From contig CM059432.1 of assembly GCA_030390025.1 (NCBI GenBank), positions 26,042,001 through 26,106,000 on the forward strand: a DNA stretch of 64,000 bases, given 5' to 3'. This document shows positions 12,040-25,189 of this stretch, one piece after another. The number at the start of each line of letters is the position of its first letter. The stretch's first letter is position 1. This stretch comes from Squalus acanthias (Eukaryota). The translations under genes and the position numbers were made by a program. Below the pieces are notes generated by a model, which was given only the letters and a program-made list of their open reading frames with translations, did not search any database and had not been told where the DNA came from.

Positions 12040-14450
12040 CATGTTGCCCCTTGGCGACATCATCTGAAAACACAGCGTTAGTTTCCAATTCTACGCTGAC
12101 GACACCCAGCTCTACCTCACTACTTCTTCTCTCGACCCCTCCACGGTGTCTAAATTGTCAGACTGCTTGTCCGACATAGAGTTCTGGATGAGCAAACATT
12201 TTCTCTAATTAAATATTGGGAAAACCGAAGCCATTGTTTTCGGTCCCCGCCACAAACTCCGTTCCCTAGCCACTGACTCCATCTCTCTCCCTAACATCTG
12301 TCTGAGACTGAACCACACTGTTCGCAACCTTGGTGTCATATCTGACAGTGAAATGAGCTTCCGACCACATATCCGCAGCACCTCCGTAACATTGCCCGTC
12401 CCCTGGCTTGATGGTAATGGTAGAGGGAAGGATATGCTGGACCATGACTTTACAGATTGTGGTGGAACACAATTCTGCTGCTGTTGATGTCCCACAGCGC
12501 CTAATGGATGCCCAGTTTTGAGCTGCTAGATCTGTTCTGAATCACCCGTCTCCGCCCCTGCCTATGCTCATCTGCTGCTGAAACCCTCATCCATGCCTTT
12601 GTTACCTCTAGATTTGACTATTCCAACGCACTCCTGGCTGGCCTCCCACATTCCACCCTACGTAAACTTGAGGCCATCCAAAGCTCAGCTGCCCGTGTCC
12701 TAACTCGCACCAAATCCCGTTCGCCCATCATCTTTTTCTTCTTAGGCAGTCCCTCGGAACCGAAGATGACTTGCCTCCACATTAAAAATGAGTTCTCAGG
12801 TGACTAATGAGTCCAATGCGGGACCTACAGTCTCTGTCACAGGTGGGGCAGACGGTGGTTGAAGGTGCGGGTGGGTGGGGTGCTTGGGTTGACGTGCGTT
12901 CCTTCCGCTGTTTGCGCTTGGCTTCCGCTTGCTCCCGGCGAAGAGACACGAGGTATTCGGCGCCTTCCCGGATGCCTCTCCTCCACTTTGTACGGTCTTG
13001 GGCCAGGGATGCCCAGGTGTCGGTGGGGATGTTGCACTTTTTCAAGGAGGCTTTGAGGGTGTCCTTGAAGCCTTTCCTCTGCCCACCTGGGGCTCTCTTG
13101 CCGTGTCGGAGCTCCGAGTAGAGCGCTTGTTTTGGGAGTCTCGTATTAGGCATGTGGACGATTTGACCCATCCATCGGAGCTGATCGAGTGTGGTCAAAA
13201 CTTCAATGCTGGGGATGTTGGCCTGAGCGAGAACACTGACGTTGGTGCGCCTATCCTGCCAATGGATTTGCAGGATCTTGTGGAGGCAGCGTTGGTGGTA
13301 CCTCTCCAGTGCTTTGAGGTGCCTGCTGTACATGGTCCATGTCTCTGAGGCATACAGCAGGGCGGGTATTACTACTGCTCTGTAGACCATGAGCTTGGTG
13401 CTGGGTTTGAGGTCCTGGTCTTCAAACACTCTCTTCCTCAGGCGACCGAAGGCTGCACTGGCACACTGAAGGCGGTGGTGGACTTTGTCATCGACGTCTG
13501 CCCTTGTTGACAGTAGGCTCCCGAGGTATGGAAAGTGGTCCACGTTGTCCAAGGCCTTGTCATGGATTTTGAGAATCGGGGGGCAGTACTGTGTGGCGGG
13601 GGCAGGTTGGTAGAGGACCTTTGTCTTACGGATGTTTAGTGTAAGGCCCATGTTCTCGTACACTTCTGTGAAGGTGTTAACGATGGTTTGGAGTTCGACC
13701 TCCGAGTGTGCGCAGACGCAAGCGTCGTCTGCATACTGTAATTCGACGACAGAGGAAGGGCCGTCCTTGGATCTGGACTGGAGGTGACGGAGGTTGAACA
13801 GTTTCCAGTTTGTTCTGTAAATTAGCTCCACTCCAGCAGGGAGCTTACTGAGGGTGAGATGGAGCATTGCCGCAAGGAAGATCGAGAAGAGCGTTGGTGT
13901 GATGACACAACCTTGCTTGACCCCGGTCCGTACATGAATTGGGTCTGTGGTGGAACCATTGGTCAGGATCAGACCAAGTCCCGTTCACCCATCACCCCTG
14001 TGCTCGCTGACCTACATTGGCTCCCGGTTAAGCAACGCCTCGATTTCAAAATTCTCATCCTTGTTTTCAAATCCCTCCATGGCCTCGCCCCTTCCTATCT
14101 CTGTAATCTCCTTCAACCCCACAATCCCCCCCGAGATATCTGCGCTCCTCTAATTCTGCCCTCTTGAGGATCCCTGATTATAATCGCTCAACCTTTGGTG
14201 GCCGTGCCTTCTGTTCCCTAGGCCCTAAGCTCTGGAATTTCCTGCGTAAACCTGTCCGCCTCGCTACCTCTCTTTCTTCCTTTAAGACGCTCCTTAAAAC
14301 CTACCTCTTTGACCAAGCTTTTGGTCACCTGCCCTAATTTATCCTTATGTGGATCGGTGTCAAATATTCTTTTGTCTTAAAATACTATTGTGTAGTGCCT
14401 TGGGACGTTTTACTACGTTAAAGGCGTTATATAAATACAAGTTGTTGTTA
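12040..14450 (+). mobile_element. L2 LINE 3' portion, interrupted by a Zenon-like fragment (~12395-12540) and an RTE (12731-13972)
   Basis: PLGDII...YADDTQLYL, LNIGKTE, SRFDYSNALLAGLP, PITPVLADLHWLPVKQRLDFKILILVFKSLHGLAPSYL. The L2 3' end is gccttgggacgttttactacgttaaaggcgttatataaatacaagttgttg. Confidence 0.9.
12731..13972 (-). mobile_element. 5'-truncated RTE (BovB-like clade) LINE with open RT C-terminal frame
   Basis: GVKQGCVITPTLFSIFL, ELQYADD, GLTLNIRKTKVL, FPYLGS, QLRWMGQIVHM..RLPK and C-terminal CPTCDRDCRSRIGLISHLRTH. The tail is (AAG)-rich. It is flanked by a 22-bp duplication (12709-12730 / 13973-13994). Confidence 0.92.
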
Positions 14451-15448
14451 TTCATGCAAACTTCATTCTTCCCACATCAGGCATAAAAAAGTTACTAAGA
14501 AAAAAAATTAAACCTTCATACTTGATAAGACTATTTTATAACCTAGAAAATAACAATGGTACACTAGATCAGAGACTACTAATTATTGTACCATGAGAAA
14601 AATACATAATGGCAACTTGCAACATTCAAAGTCTCCCAATTTGAATGGGTTTGCCAGTCTTTGAGCTACATCACCAAATCTGATGTTTAGTTCCAGTAAA
14701 TGTCTATGGTAGGTATCAATTTGTTATGTTGTAAATTATCTGTGCATAATAGCATTTATAACAAAAATTAACTGACATCTTTATGGACATGGGTGGGATG
14801 GGAACAAAAATCTTTTATTAAAAATTGAAAGACAACACCTCAAAACAAAAGGAAAACTATTGAAGTTTTACATGAAAGCAGCATTTATTAGTGTAGATAG
14901 ATTTTACAAGTGAGAACTTTAAACTGACAATAGCCATCATTCAGTACAGTATCTAATAATTTATTGGAGGTATATCATCAAGTGTGGAGGCCCGCTGCAG
15001 CTGAGCCCATTCCAATTTCTGTCAATCTTGTCAGTAATGTTTTCCAATATTTCATTTATATGTCTGTACTGCCTAAAAAAAACAAAAGGGCAAAAGAAAA
15101 CCTCCCATCTCACCACTAACTGCCAAGCGATCTATAATTGGACTTTTTAATAATACCAGTGGGAGATGAAAATAAAGCTTTTCTGAATTCTTATTCTGAC
15201 ACTGAAAAACATTGACAGTAATTGAATCTTTTACAATTTTTTTCATAGAGCAAAGTAATCAGACATTGTTGGATAGATATTTGATGTAACGTACTAATTT
15301 TAGAATTGAAACTAAAGGCTTAGACTAGATGAAGTTTCAGTAACATACCTAAAACATGTAAATAAATCACATTTTGGTCTACAGCATAAAATCTATAAAT
15401 ATATATGGCATCAACACCCCTTTCCACCACATGAAGAATAGAGCTCAA

Positions 15449-16135
15449 GGGGGAAAAAATTGGGTGGCGCCCATTTTAGGGTGCTAACGTCGCCGGGGCG
15501 CTAATTTTAGCCCCCCGAAAAAGTAAATGCCCCTCCACCGTAAATTCAGTAGTAGCGCCCCAGCAGGAGGTGGGGCGCTACTGGAAAGCGCTCCACCTCC
15601 TGCTTGGGTCACTACTAGTGAACTTCACGGCGCTACGTGGAGCAGCGCCGCGTTATTGCAGGCCTCCTCCCCTGATTAAAGGGGAGGGGCCTAGTGCTGC
15701 GTGCACCGGGGCCCTGCTGGACTACCGGGGAGCGGGGTGTCGTGAAAACAGTCCGGCACTTAAGAGGAGTGCCAGGCTGAGCAATCGCGGCCCACATGAA
15801 AAAGTGAAAGGGGGCAGGTGCTGGCAAATAAAAATGGCCACTCGACACCTGCCCTTTAAGTAGCGCCGCCGCCGCTGCAAAAACGCACCCTGATCCTGTC
15901 GGACATATCGTCCGGCGATAGGTCAGGGGGCGCAAGGGAAGTTTGTGGCTGGGGCGCTGCGCATGGCGATGACGTCATCGCCGGCGGCACAGGGCACTAC
16001 CGCCGCCACTAACCTCCTGCTGAATTTCACGGGAGGCGTTAGCGGCACCGTGCCCGGGCACTAGGGGATTTGCTCCCCTTTAGCACCCCCCCAAGGGCAC
16101 TAACGAGAGGTGCAAAGCAACCCAATTTCCACCCC
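15449..16135. mobile_element. GC-rich MITE with ~16-bp TIRs (Harbinger-type)
   Basis: Left end ggggaaaaaattgggt; right end acccaatttccacccc. CpG-rich interior. An inverted relative lies at 52843-53280. Confidence 0.75.
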
Positions 16136-16879
16136 CCCACCAAGTCTTTAGTCGTAAAAGCAGTTTTACACTGTGTCCTTTCCAGTGATCAGTAAAACTT
16201 GTCTGCTTTAGGGCAGTGGTCAACTTCAAAGCACTATTCTTAAGAACCAAATGTTTGTGTTACAGCCTTATAATGTCCTCTAGCATAACCAAACTGTTCA
16301 GATTAAACTTACAAACTGCTCAAACTTAATTTATCTTTTATAATAGCCCTTCAGATATGGATGGATTTGGAATTCATTCTCTGGTGTTCAGTGGGACTGC
16401 ACCATCATATTTAACATACCTAACCTGTTTTCCAGGCGAAAGATCTCAGTACGTGAAATAGCCCTATAGCCAGCGGATTCTTGCTCAGTAGTGCTTCAAC
16501 CAGTGAATCCAGCTCATATTCCTAAATTCCCTGGGGTAGAGCTATCTGTGCTGGTGCTTAGTATGGATTGAGCGCAGAATACAAGTGCTATGAGGTGCTG
16601 GCTTCAGGGCTAACACTTGACTTCTTTGGGGACATCTATAGAAATAGTAGATGGTGACTGAAAAACACCACAAGAAAGTGAGTTTACATGGCTAAGATTA
16701 TAGTTATCGTGTTTATTTTTGCAATTTGCATGAATAAGGGGAAAAGAACAATAAAAGGATGCTATTAGCCCTGAGTTTTGTTGAGCTCGCAAGCCTCTCC
16801 AAGGCCCACATCCTCTATGTTCTCAGGTACTAAGTCCAATATGGCCTGCTCACGGTGTGTCTAATCTCCATCCAGCAAA

Positions 16880-17800
16880 TGGAGAAGTAGTGCAAGATGT
16901 CAGAAGTTGAAAGATGGGCAAGAATCAAATGGCCATCCTGTATCAAACAGGCTATTTGCGAGATGAACTTGCTTTGTGGAGCCACCTTTCCAAATGATCA
17001 AGAGACCGTAGGGACAGTGAGGTGTGCCCTACTACAGTTTTAGCATGAGTGTGAAGCTTGGAAAGAGCTCAGCATGCAGCCTCAGCCAGGATGTAGCTGT
17101 GTGAGTAAACAGTAGGCTGGATACTTTACCCATCCATTTTACATAGTACAATGCTGGCTAGCCTTCTTTATAGACTTCCATAGGACTTTAATTTGTTTCT
17201 TCATCTGCTTCTGGTGGCTGACAAGAATGAATTCACAGGACTTTAAAAAAGAATTCTTGTAATGGGGATGCCAAAGAGGGCAATTCTCATTTGCTGTACT
17301 TCTTCCATGAGGAATTCCAAACAGACACCTGAAAATACAGCTGAATTGCTCCTTGCACGAACCATTTCTTTGGTTCTGATGTACAAAAATTAATGTGGTC
17401 CTTTGAATATCAGTTGCAACATTGGAGAGCTACAGCTGCGCACTTTTACAGCAAACTTGCAATGCCAGATCCAATCTATGTCAGGATCTTATATATGGAT
17501 GCGACAGATCTTGGTAAAGGGGTCCTGCGAGTTCAGGCTCTCTCCATTTGGCTAAGCATTCTGTTTGCTGCTTCCAGTTCCTCCTGTTTTACTGCCAGTC
17601 CCAGGATTCACCCTGCTGCCTCGACTGCATCACAGCAAATTAAAAAAAACCAATATTCTGAAAACAACCAGAAAGTTTGGGTTGCATGTCAATGCTGAGC
17701 GCCTCTGGGTATTCACAATCTTCTCACCATTCAGTGTCATCAGAGCAACTTACTTATATTGGCCTCCAGAATAACTGAAGTATAGGATGCCAGCTGTTCA
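16880..17800 (+). mobile_element. Possible very old RTE-type RT relic
   Basis: Faint motifs in the expected order across frames: KLKDG, LAFFIDF, MGMPK, RKFGLHVN. Heavily decayed. Confidence 0.25.
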
Positions 17801-18154
17801 AGTCATGCAAATGGTTCAAAAACCGAGTTACATTTAAATAAAAGCTGCAGTAAACCTTTTCTTAGGACCTGTTTCAGACTGTAACTGAAATATTTGCCAC
17901 TACATCATTCCTAAGTGTCTGCTTGCTGTGAAATGGAATTAAAAGGTGCTCATTACACTTAAAGTGCCATCAGTCCTCATAATCCTCTTATGCAGTTATA
18001 TCCTAGAGAAAACACTTTAAATAAATTTAAAAATCTTGACCATTACAGTACCTTAAAAAGTAGAAGGGAACATTTAATAGAACACAAAACTTTCTGACAG
18101 TGCAATTTTTGACTTAAAAAATCAATTTAGGCCCCTGTTATTTCTAATTTACAT

Positions 18155-18490
18155 TTAGATGCCGAGAGGTTGTTTCCCCTGGCTGGAGAGTCTAGAACTC
18201 GGGGACACAGTCTCAGGACAAGGGGCTGACTGAGATGAGGAGGAATTTCTTCACTCAGAGGGTTGTGAATTTTTGGAATTCTCTATCCCATTGGGCTGTG
18301 GATGCTGAGTTGTTGACTATATTCAAGGTTGAGATAGACATATTTTTGGACTCTAGGGGAATCAAGAGATATGGGGATCGGGCAGGAAAGTGGGGTTAAG
18401 GTCGAAGATCAGCCATGATCTTACTGAATGGCAGAGCAGACCTGAAGTGCCATATGGCCTACTCCTGCTCCTAATTCTTATGTTCTTATT
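18155..18490 (+). mobile_element. CR1 LINE 3' end
   Basis: LFPLAGESRTRGHSL...RRNFFTQRVVNFWNSL, then gatcagccatgatc...ggcctactcctgctcct...cttatgttctt. Confidence 0.9.
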
Positions 18491-18632
18491 AATAACGGAG
18501 ACCAAAATCAAATGTTAGCTTGTCAAATTTACTTATTAGACAATGCAATTGGAAATGCAAATTCAAATTATATTTAACACTGAAAGATGTAAAGAATTAG
18601 ACACTTGTTAAAAAAATGTACATAAATATGAT

Positions 18633-19044
18633 GGCCCAGAATTTGCTGGAAAAAAATAATGGCGTCTGAATGATGCACGCCGTTATTAATACGCAAATTG
18701 GCCAGCAACTTGCAATGAGGAAGAGATACCCCATGAATTGCAAATCGTTACAATTTGCTGGATGATTTGCGCTGCTCTATAATCAACCTCTCTTGCCCAG
18801 AAACTGAACACTTGTAAGTGTGGTTTCTCATTCTTTCGGGTTGTGAATTGTTGCTGGAGATCTTAAAAATGTAAATTAAAAAACAATCTTACTTTTCCTT
18901 TGTCTCTTTTTTTCTCTCTCTCTTAAAATCTCTATTTCTCTTTCTGTACTTAATTTGACATTAACTTCACTCACTCTAATTCACCCTCCTTCTGAGTCTA
19001 ACAGGGCACGCTGTGAGATGCCCCGCTCCAGCAAAATCTGGGCT
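18633..19044. mobile_element. MITE with 18-bp TIRs and 3-bp TSD (Harbinger-type)
   Basis: Termini ggcccagaatttgctgga and tccagcaaaatctgggct, flanked by GAT at 18630-18632 and 19045-19047. Confidence 0.8.
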
Positions 19045-19079
19045 GATATGAATGAAACTGAATAAACAGAAGGAGACTA

Positions 19080-19480
19080 AAAAAGGGACTGGGGAATGAC
19101 AGCAGACCCATCAAATCCAATGTCTCAATGTAATGAGGTAATTAGAAAAACAAGCAGAATCTTGGGGTGTACAGCTAGAATAGTACAAGTCTCCAGAAGT
19201 TATGCAAATACTTTACAATGCACCCATCAGAGATCATTTGCAGTACTGAGCGCTATTCTACACATCTTACCACAAAAAAAGACATGCATTGGAGAGGGTA
19301 CAAATGGAATGAAATATATGGGAAAATTACAGAAACTCAAACTCTACCGTCTTGAAAATTGTGATTAAAGGGGAGAAACCTCCTTGAGGTATATAAAATA
19401 TCAAATTGGATAGGTAAGTTGAATCCAGAATATTACTTTACAGAAATCTAATAAAGTAAGACCAGAGAAATTAAATTTAA
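19080..19480 (+). mobile_element. Old, degraded CR1 RT fragment
   Basis: QCNEVIRKTSRILGC..., Y..KLQKLKLY.LE: decayed CR1 C-terminal motifs. Confidence 0.55.
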
Positions 19481-19522
19481 ATTGTTGTAAATGTAAATAA
19501 TCACAGACCTTTGAAACTTGTT

Positions 19523-20690
19523 GGGGCAGATTTTGCAGTGGGTATGACAGCGTACTCAGAGAGTACGCCATCATACCGCCTTTGAAATTGACAGGAAGCT
19601 CGGGATTCCGCATGCGCTAAATCCCGAACTTGCGACCTGTCAAGGTACGCCTTGACAGATGATCCGCACCGACGGAGAAATACTAATTGCTGGCGCAGAG
19701 TTGGGCTAATTGCCCATCAACTGCCCAGCAATTACGTCCGAAAATTTTACAGTTAGTGAAAGCAGGCGCAGGAACCCGTTTCACTGTGAACATTGAGCTC
19801 AAGCAGCGGATAGAATTGTAAGCAATACAACTTTTACCATAAAAAGTGCAAAATCTGCAAATTGTTCAGTAAGTTTAAATAAAATTGAAATGATACTGTT
19901 ACCAGAAAACCACCCACAGAAAAAACTACTTCTACTGAACACATACCACTTTTATTAGTATTCTGCACCAATAAGCCTGATCATAATCCAGCGTCTCACG
20001 TACTATTTGTAAATGATACGGAGCCATGGCAGACCAAGCGCTTTAACGTACACATGAAATGTTTAATTCAGTTTATTGCACATATACCATATAGAACTAT
20101 ATATAAATATCTATGTGCAAGAAAGCAGATATTGTGACAAGTACATTATACATAGCTGCACGTGAATTTCATACGGAGTAGGTGGGAAAACACAACTATT
20201 TTTTAGTTTCGTTGGTAAATGTTACAGTACATAATAAACACCAGTCCCCTTTTCTGCACCCACTCTCACCGAAGCATGTTTTGTTTCCGAAAACCTAGCG
20301 GGAGTTTTTTGGCTATGACCTTATACAGATACTGCATTTCAAAAGTCAACATGTTGGTATTTGGTTACATAATTTTAACAAAATGCTGATATATGAAATA
20401 AGTCCAAGTACCAGTTTAATTAAAAGTTTTTAAAATGTCATTTCAATGCAAGAGACTGAAAGAAGTTTCTGTGGGCGTGACTTAGTTTTGACAGATTTTG
20501 TGGGCATGTCGTCCCTTACGCATAGGCTGTACGTTGCGCTCCTGGCCTTCGTGATGTAATACGCTGCTCAAAACTTTGCAGCACTGAACAGCAAGTCTAC
20601 ATGTGGGGCCTCGCACAAGTTAAGTTCGTATTCTTTTCGGAGGCCGGCGGCGTACTCTGTAGCTATGCCACCGAATGCAATTTTTGGGCC
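19523..20690. mobile_element. Probable TIR-bounded non-autonomous DNA transposon
   Basis: Termini ggggcagattttgca and tgcaatttttgggcc, with related subterminal gcgtactc palindromes at both ends. No TSD recognised. Confidence 0.45.
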
Positions 20691-21034
20691 ATAGTTTCAG
20701 CAGCCATTTGTCAATGATCGGGAATGATTTGAAGCAGAATGCCTGGCCATTTTAATCTTTTTGCAAAGTTTGTTTAGTAGGCCCAGAATAAGATGTGTGT
20801 TTTGACAGCTAAGGTATTAAAATCCCATTTCTTTTCTGGCCGGCTTCTATTCCTCTCAAGTGTAACAAATTGCTCATTTGGACAGTGAGACAATCTCCAA
20901 GTGATGAGTTCCCATGAGAAACATGCATTTCTATAGTACTCATTTAGGATTTAAAAAAGGAACTATACAAAGGTGAAAATTGAAAGCACAATGGGAAGGG
21001 TTTTTAGGAAGCTTTTGAAAACAGGTAAGGAGGT

Positions 21035-21152
21035 AAGCACCTCCCAAGCCCACAACCTTCACCACCTAGAACGACAAGGGCAGCAGGTGCACACAAACAT
21101 CTTCACCTCCAAGTTCCCCTCCAAGTCACACACCATCCCAACTTGGGATATA
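21035..21152 (+). mobile_element. Short CR1-Zenon-like fragment
   Basis: cacctccc...ccacctagaacgacaagggcagcagg...aagttcccctccaagtcacacaccatcc matches 8838-8950. Confidence 0.8.
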
Positions 21153-22115
21153 TAATCAGGGCTGGATTTTCCTGGATCCTACCAGCATGGTGAGGGGGGA
21201 TCCGGAAGACGGCGGGAAACTCTGAAGTTCGGGTTTCCCGGCACGCTGTGGAGTTTTAACTCCACAGCGTGTGTGCGACATCAGGGGTGGGCTCTCCACC
21301 CGGAAGTCAGCCTGATTGACAGGCTGGCTTCCAGTCGTGTGGGGAACGCGGAGAAGGAGGCCGCAGCAACAGGCAAGTGCTGGGCCCAATCCCCCTGTCC
21401 CCAGGGTTGGGGTCAAAAAGCTTTTGATTTCTATGGCTCTCACATTTGAGCTCATCACTTGTAATGTCATTATATTTTATGTCAGAGATCAAAACCACAG
21501 TGATTTCAGATAGACAGAGAACAGGCCACACATTCTAAATTACCTGTGATTTCTGTGGGTGGGGCATTCTTCACCAAACTTTGACCACAGACTTTTGATA
21601 GTCAGTAGCCATGGTGCCAAATAACCGGCCACCTCACCCTCTTTTTTTCCCCACCCTATCTTTCCTCAAAATGTTATAACTGGAAATATTGAGTTACGAG
21701 TCCTCTCCAAACCTAAGCTATAGCTACTATATCATATCCCTCCATAGTTAACTAATGCTTCTTACAGTCCAATTTTGTTTTGAATGCTTTGTGCATTCAC
21801 ATACATATCACTCAATCCTGATTTAAAATTTTTGAAATGTTGAGCCTTATTCTTTTTTCTGCTCTTTTCATTTAATTTTCTCATATCCCTTGCCCCTTCT
21901 ACAATAATTTTTCTATTTCTTACTACCTCATAACCTCTTTCTTGCCCTTTCTACACTAATAATATTTTCTCTCAACTTATTTCAGATAAAAACCATTCAC
22001 CACTTTGACCACAGGCAGTACCTTAATTGCAGCTTATCTTGGGATAGTTAAAAATCACTTAATATTGCTCTGTTACTTTTGCACATCTCTCTGCTTTGCT
22101 TCTAGATTTTCACCT

Positions 22116-22544
22116 ACATAGAAACATAGAATCTAGGAGCAGGAGTAGGCCATTCGGCCCGTCGAGCCTGCTCCGCCATTCAATACGATCATGGCTGATC
22201 ATCCAAATCCAGTACCCTGTCCCTGCTTTAATCCCCACAGTACACATATCCCACCCTACCCCCGTAACCCCACGTATTTAATTCCCCCTAACATATCCCA
22301 TCCTATCCCCATAACCCCACATATTTAATCTCCCCTAACACTAAGGGTCAATTTATCATAGCCAAATCAACCTAACCCACACATTTTTGGACTGTGGGAG
22401 GAAACCGGAGCACCCGGAGGAAACCCACGCAGACACGGGGAGAATGTGCAAACTCCACACAGACAGTCACCCGAGGTCAGATTCGAACCCGGGTCTCTGG
22501 CGCTGTGAGGCACCAGTGCTAACCACTATGCCACCGTGTTGCCC
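22116..22544 (-). mobile_element. tRNA-derived SINE, HE1/V-SINE type with CR1-derived tail
   Basis: Head gggcaacacggTGGCATAGTGG...GGTTCGAATC; central tgtgtggagtttgcacattctccccgtgtctgcgtgggtttcctccgggtgctccggtttcctccc; tail shared with CR1 (gatcagccatgatc...ggccgaatggcctactcctgctcc...(tttctatg)n). Confidence 0.9.
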
Positions 22545-23241
22545 ACCTCTACCTCATCTACATGCAAGAAACATTATTAATCCTGCTTTCCCTCTCAAAC
22601 CAAGATTTTCCTCACCTTTTGTCATATTAGTTTAAATACTCTCCCACTGTTCTATCTACTCTCTTCCCAAGGACACTGGTGCTATATCCCTTAGGTATAG
22701 CCTTCCCTTGACCCCCCCCAAAAATTTCCAATACAACAACATGAAACTTGCTCTGCAGTATTAACCCTGCAAGCACATGTCAACCTTCCTCTCATTAACC
22801 TGTCCAGTGCATGGCATAGGAAGCAATCAGAGACCACCATCCTTGAAGTCTTGTTTTTCAATCTACTGCCTAACCTAAAAGGTATTTCTATCTATGTAAT
22901 TGGTTCCAACAAGGACTACAACTTTTGGCTGCTCTCCCCCGCCTCTTTTCAGAAGTTACCCACCCTTCCATTAAATCCTTCACACTGGCACCAGGGAAGC
23001 AACATACCAGTTAGGATTCCTGGTTACAGCTACAGAAAAGGCAGTCTATTCCCAACTATAGAATCCCACTATTACCTTTCCTATTCTTGTAGTCTACCTG
23101 CTTCTCATGCCCCGAGTTAATATCGCTGCTTCATAATGCTCCTCAAGATCACCTTTCCTGAATCGTTATCACTCTCCACCTCATATTTTTCCAACGTTAT
23201 ATATATATTGGACAGTTTCAATAACTTAGGGCGTCCCTGTA

Positions 23242-23672
23242 ACATAGAAACATAGAAACATAGAATCTAGGAGCAGGAGTAGGCCATTCGGCCCGTCGAG
23301 CCTGCTCCACCATTCAATACGATCATGGCTGATCATCCAAATCCAGTACCCCGTCCCTGCTTTAATCCCCACAGTACACATATCCCACCCTACCCCCGTA
23401 ACCCCACATATTTAATTCCCTCTAACATATCCCATCCTATCCCCATAACCCCACATATTTAATCCCCCCCTAACACTAAGGGTCAATTTATCATAGCCAA
23501 ATCAACCTAACCCGCACATTTTTGGACTGTGGGAGGAAACCGGAGCACCCGGAGGAAACCCACGCAGACACGGGGAGAATGTGCAAACTCCACACAGACA
23601 GTCACCCGAGGTCAGATTCGAACCCGGGTCTCTGGCGCTGTGAGGCACCAGTGCTAACCACTATGCCACCGT
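23242..23672 (-). mobile_element. Second, nearly identical copy of the HE1/V-SINE-type SINE
   Basis: Only a handful of substitutions versus 22116-22544, including the same internal ~47-bp duplication. Confidence 0.9.
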
Positions 23673-25189
23673 ACCTCTGAGTCCAGTCCCATTCTGCTGC
23701 TCCTGTGAATGTCAACCCACTTGTTTCTTTCTACACTATTCCTTTGTCCTGGTCTGTCTAACGCTGCATTTTAGTGACCATATTCTGGAGAATATGATCC
23801 ATAAACCCCTCATCCTCTCTGAGGCTGTGCAGTGTACCCAATAGCTTCTTGAACACAGAGATCCTCTAGATGTTCCAGACACTCAATCACTAAGTGCAGC
23901 TTTGCCAACTCGATACAATAGCGATCTATGATGTCCCACATATTGCACACCACACACATTACAAGAGTTCCCTATGCTGTTATCCCTCTCTGTCTAACTG
24001 AAAAATGTAGATAATGTTAGCCTGAATTTCCACTGCACCAAAATGTCACAATAATGAAACTTTGTTTACCTACTTCATGCAAGTATTAATTATAGAAAAA
24101 ATTCTTGTCCCACTGGACCTGCAGGTGAACTCCCACTGAAGCTCAACTCAACATTCTCCTGGCCTTTCGCACTCCATTCAGTCAAGACAGAGTAAGTGGA
24201 TATCAAATAAAATATAGCTCTGAATAAATATTTGATTCAATAAGTCCAACAGAGCATTACTATTTGTGGCAGTGCTGCTCTTTATGAGAAGCAGTTCCCT
24301 ACTACCAGATTTTCACAACATTTTCTTTTAAAATAAAGCCTAATCATTAATTGTTATGATATTGTATCAGAATATATTTTAAAAAGCAGTGCATGCTTTA
24401 ATGCTAATCCTTATAAAGTACCCTTATATTCACTTATCGAAAAAACATTTTCATTAAACATTTATATGGATGCAACCGAAAATACTGCAACTGTCATTTA
24501 AGACCCAAGTTATAAGAGGACACCTGTGGCATGGGACCATATTAGTCTGGCTGGGGAAGTATTTCCATTATAATTAACCTCCAATGACAGACCACTTACT
24601 GAAAGCAAGCAGCATCCAGGCTCTTTATGACTATGTCTATTTGTTTGATTTGTAATTCACAGCCACACCTAAGTAATAGAAATACTGATATCAAAGAAGA
24701 CATTAAACAACTTCGATGTTTCAGAATGTAAATTTGTGCAAGTCTGGAGCTGGATAATAATTCTTTTTCTTCTTAGAAATTTATATCTGAATAAATTCCA
24801 TGAATTGGAAATCCTGCGACATTGTTAATTCTGTGTCAAACTACAAATACGCCTTGAACAACATGTGAAAGTTATTGAAGTGCTAACTAAAGGCAGATCA
24901 TGCCAGTTGATGAAAAACTAGATATAAATGAAATCCAAATATAAATGAAATCCAAATTCAACAAATTGCCCTTGACAAAGATAAATAATGAAAAAGTGCA
25001 AAAATGCAGACTAAAATATATGAAAGTTTGCTGTGAAATCTAATTTAATGTCAGTATATCTGTTAATTAAAAACGTGTCTATAATGCATTGTACTTACAT
25101 TTAATTCAACATATTCTGATATTAATAGAATGTGTTCAAACATTGAACAATATACATTGTATTAATTTTTGATAGTCATTTCTAGGTTT

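Larger units (their letters stand above)
21640..24000 (-). mobile_element. Old CR1 5' region (ORF1 esterase-like part and start of ORF2), carrying two SINE insertions
   Basis: Minus-strand relics VVVLVGTN (~22900) and YVNAQSIQNK...YDIVAI (~21700-21800), the same motifs as in the better preserved CR1 at 40847. Confidence 0.5.
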
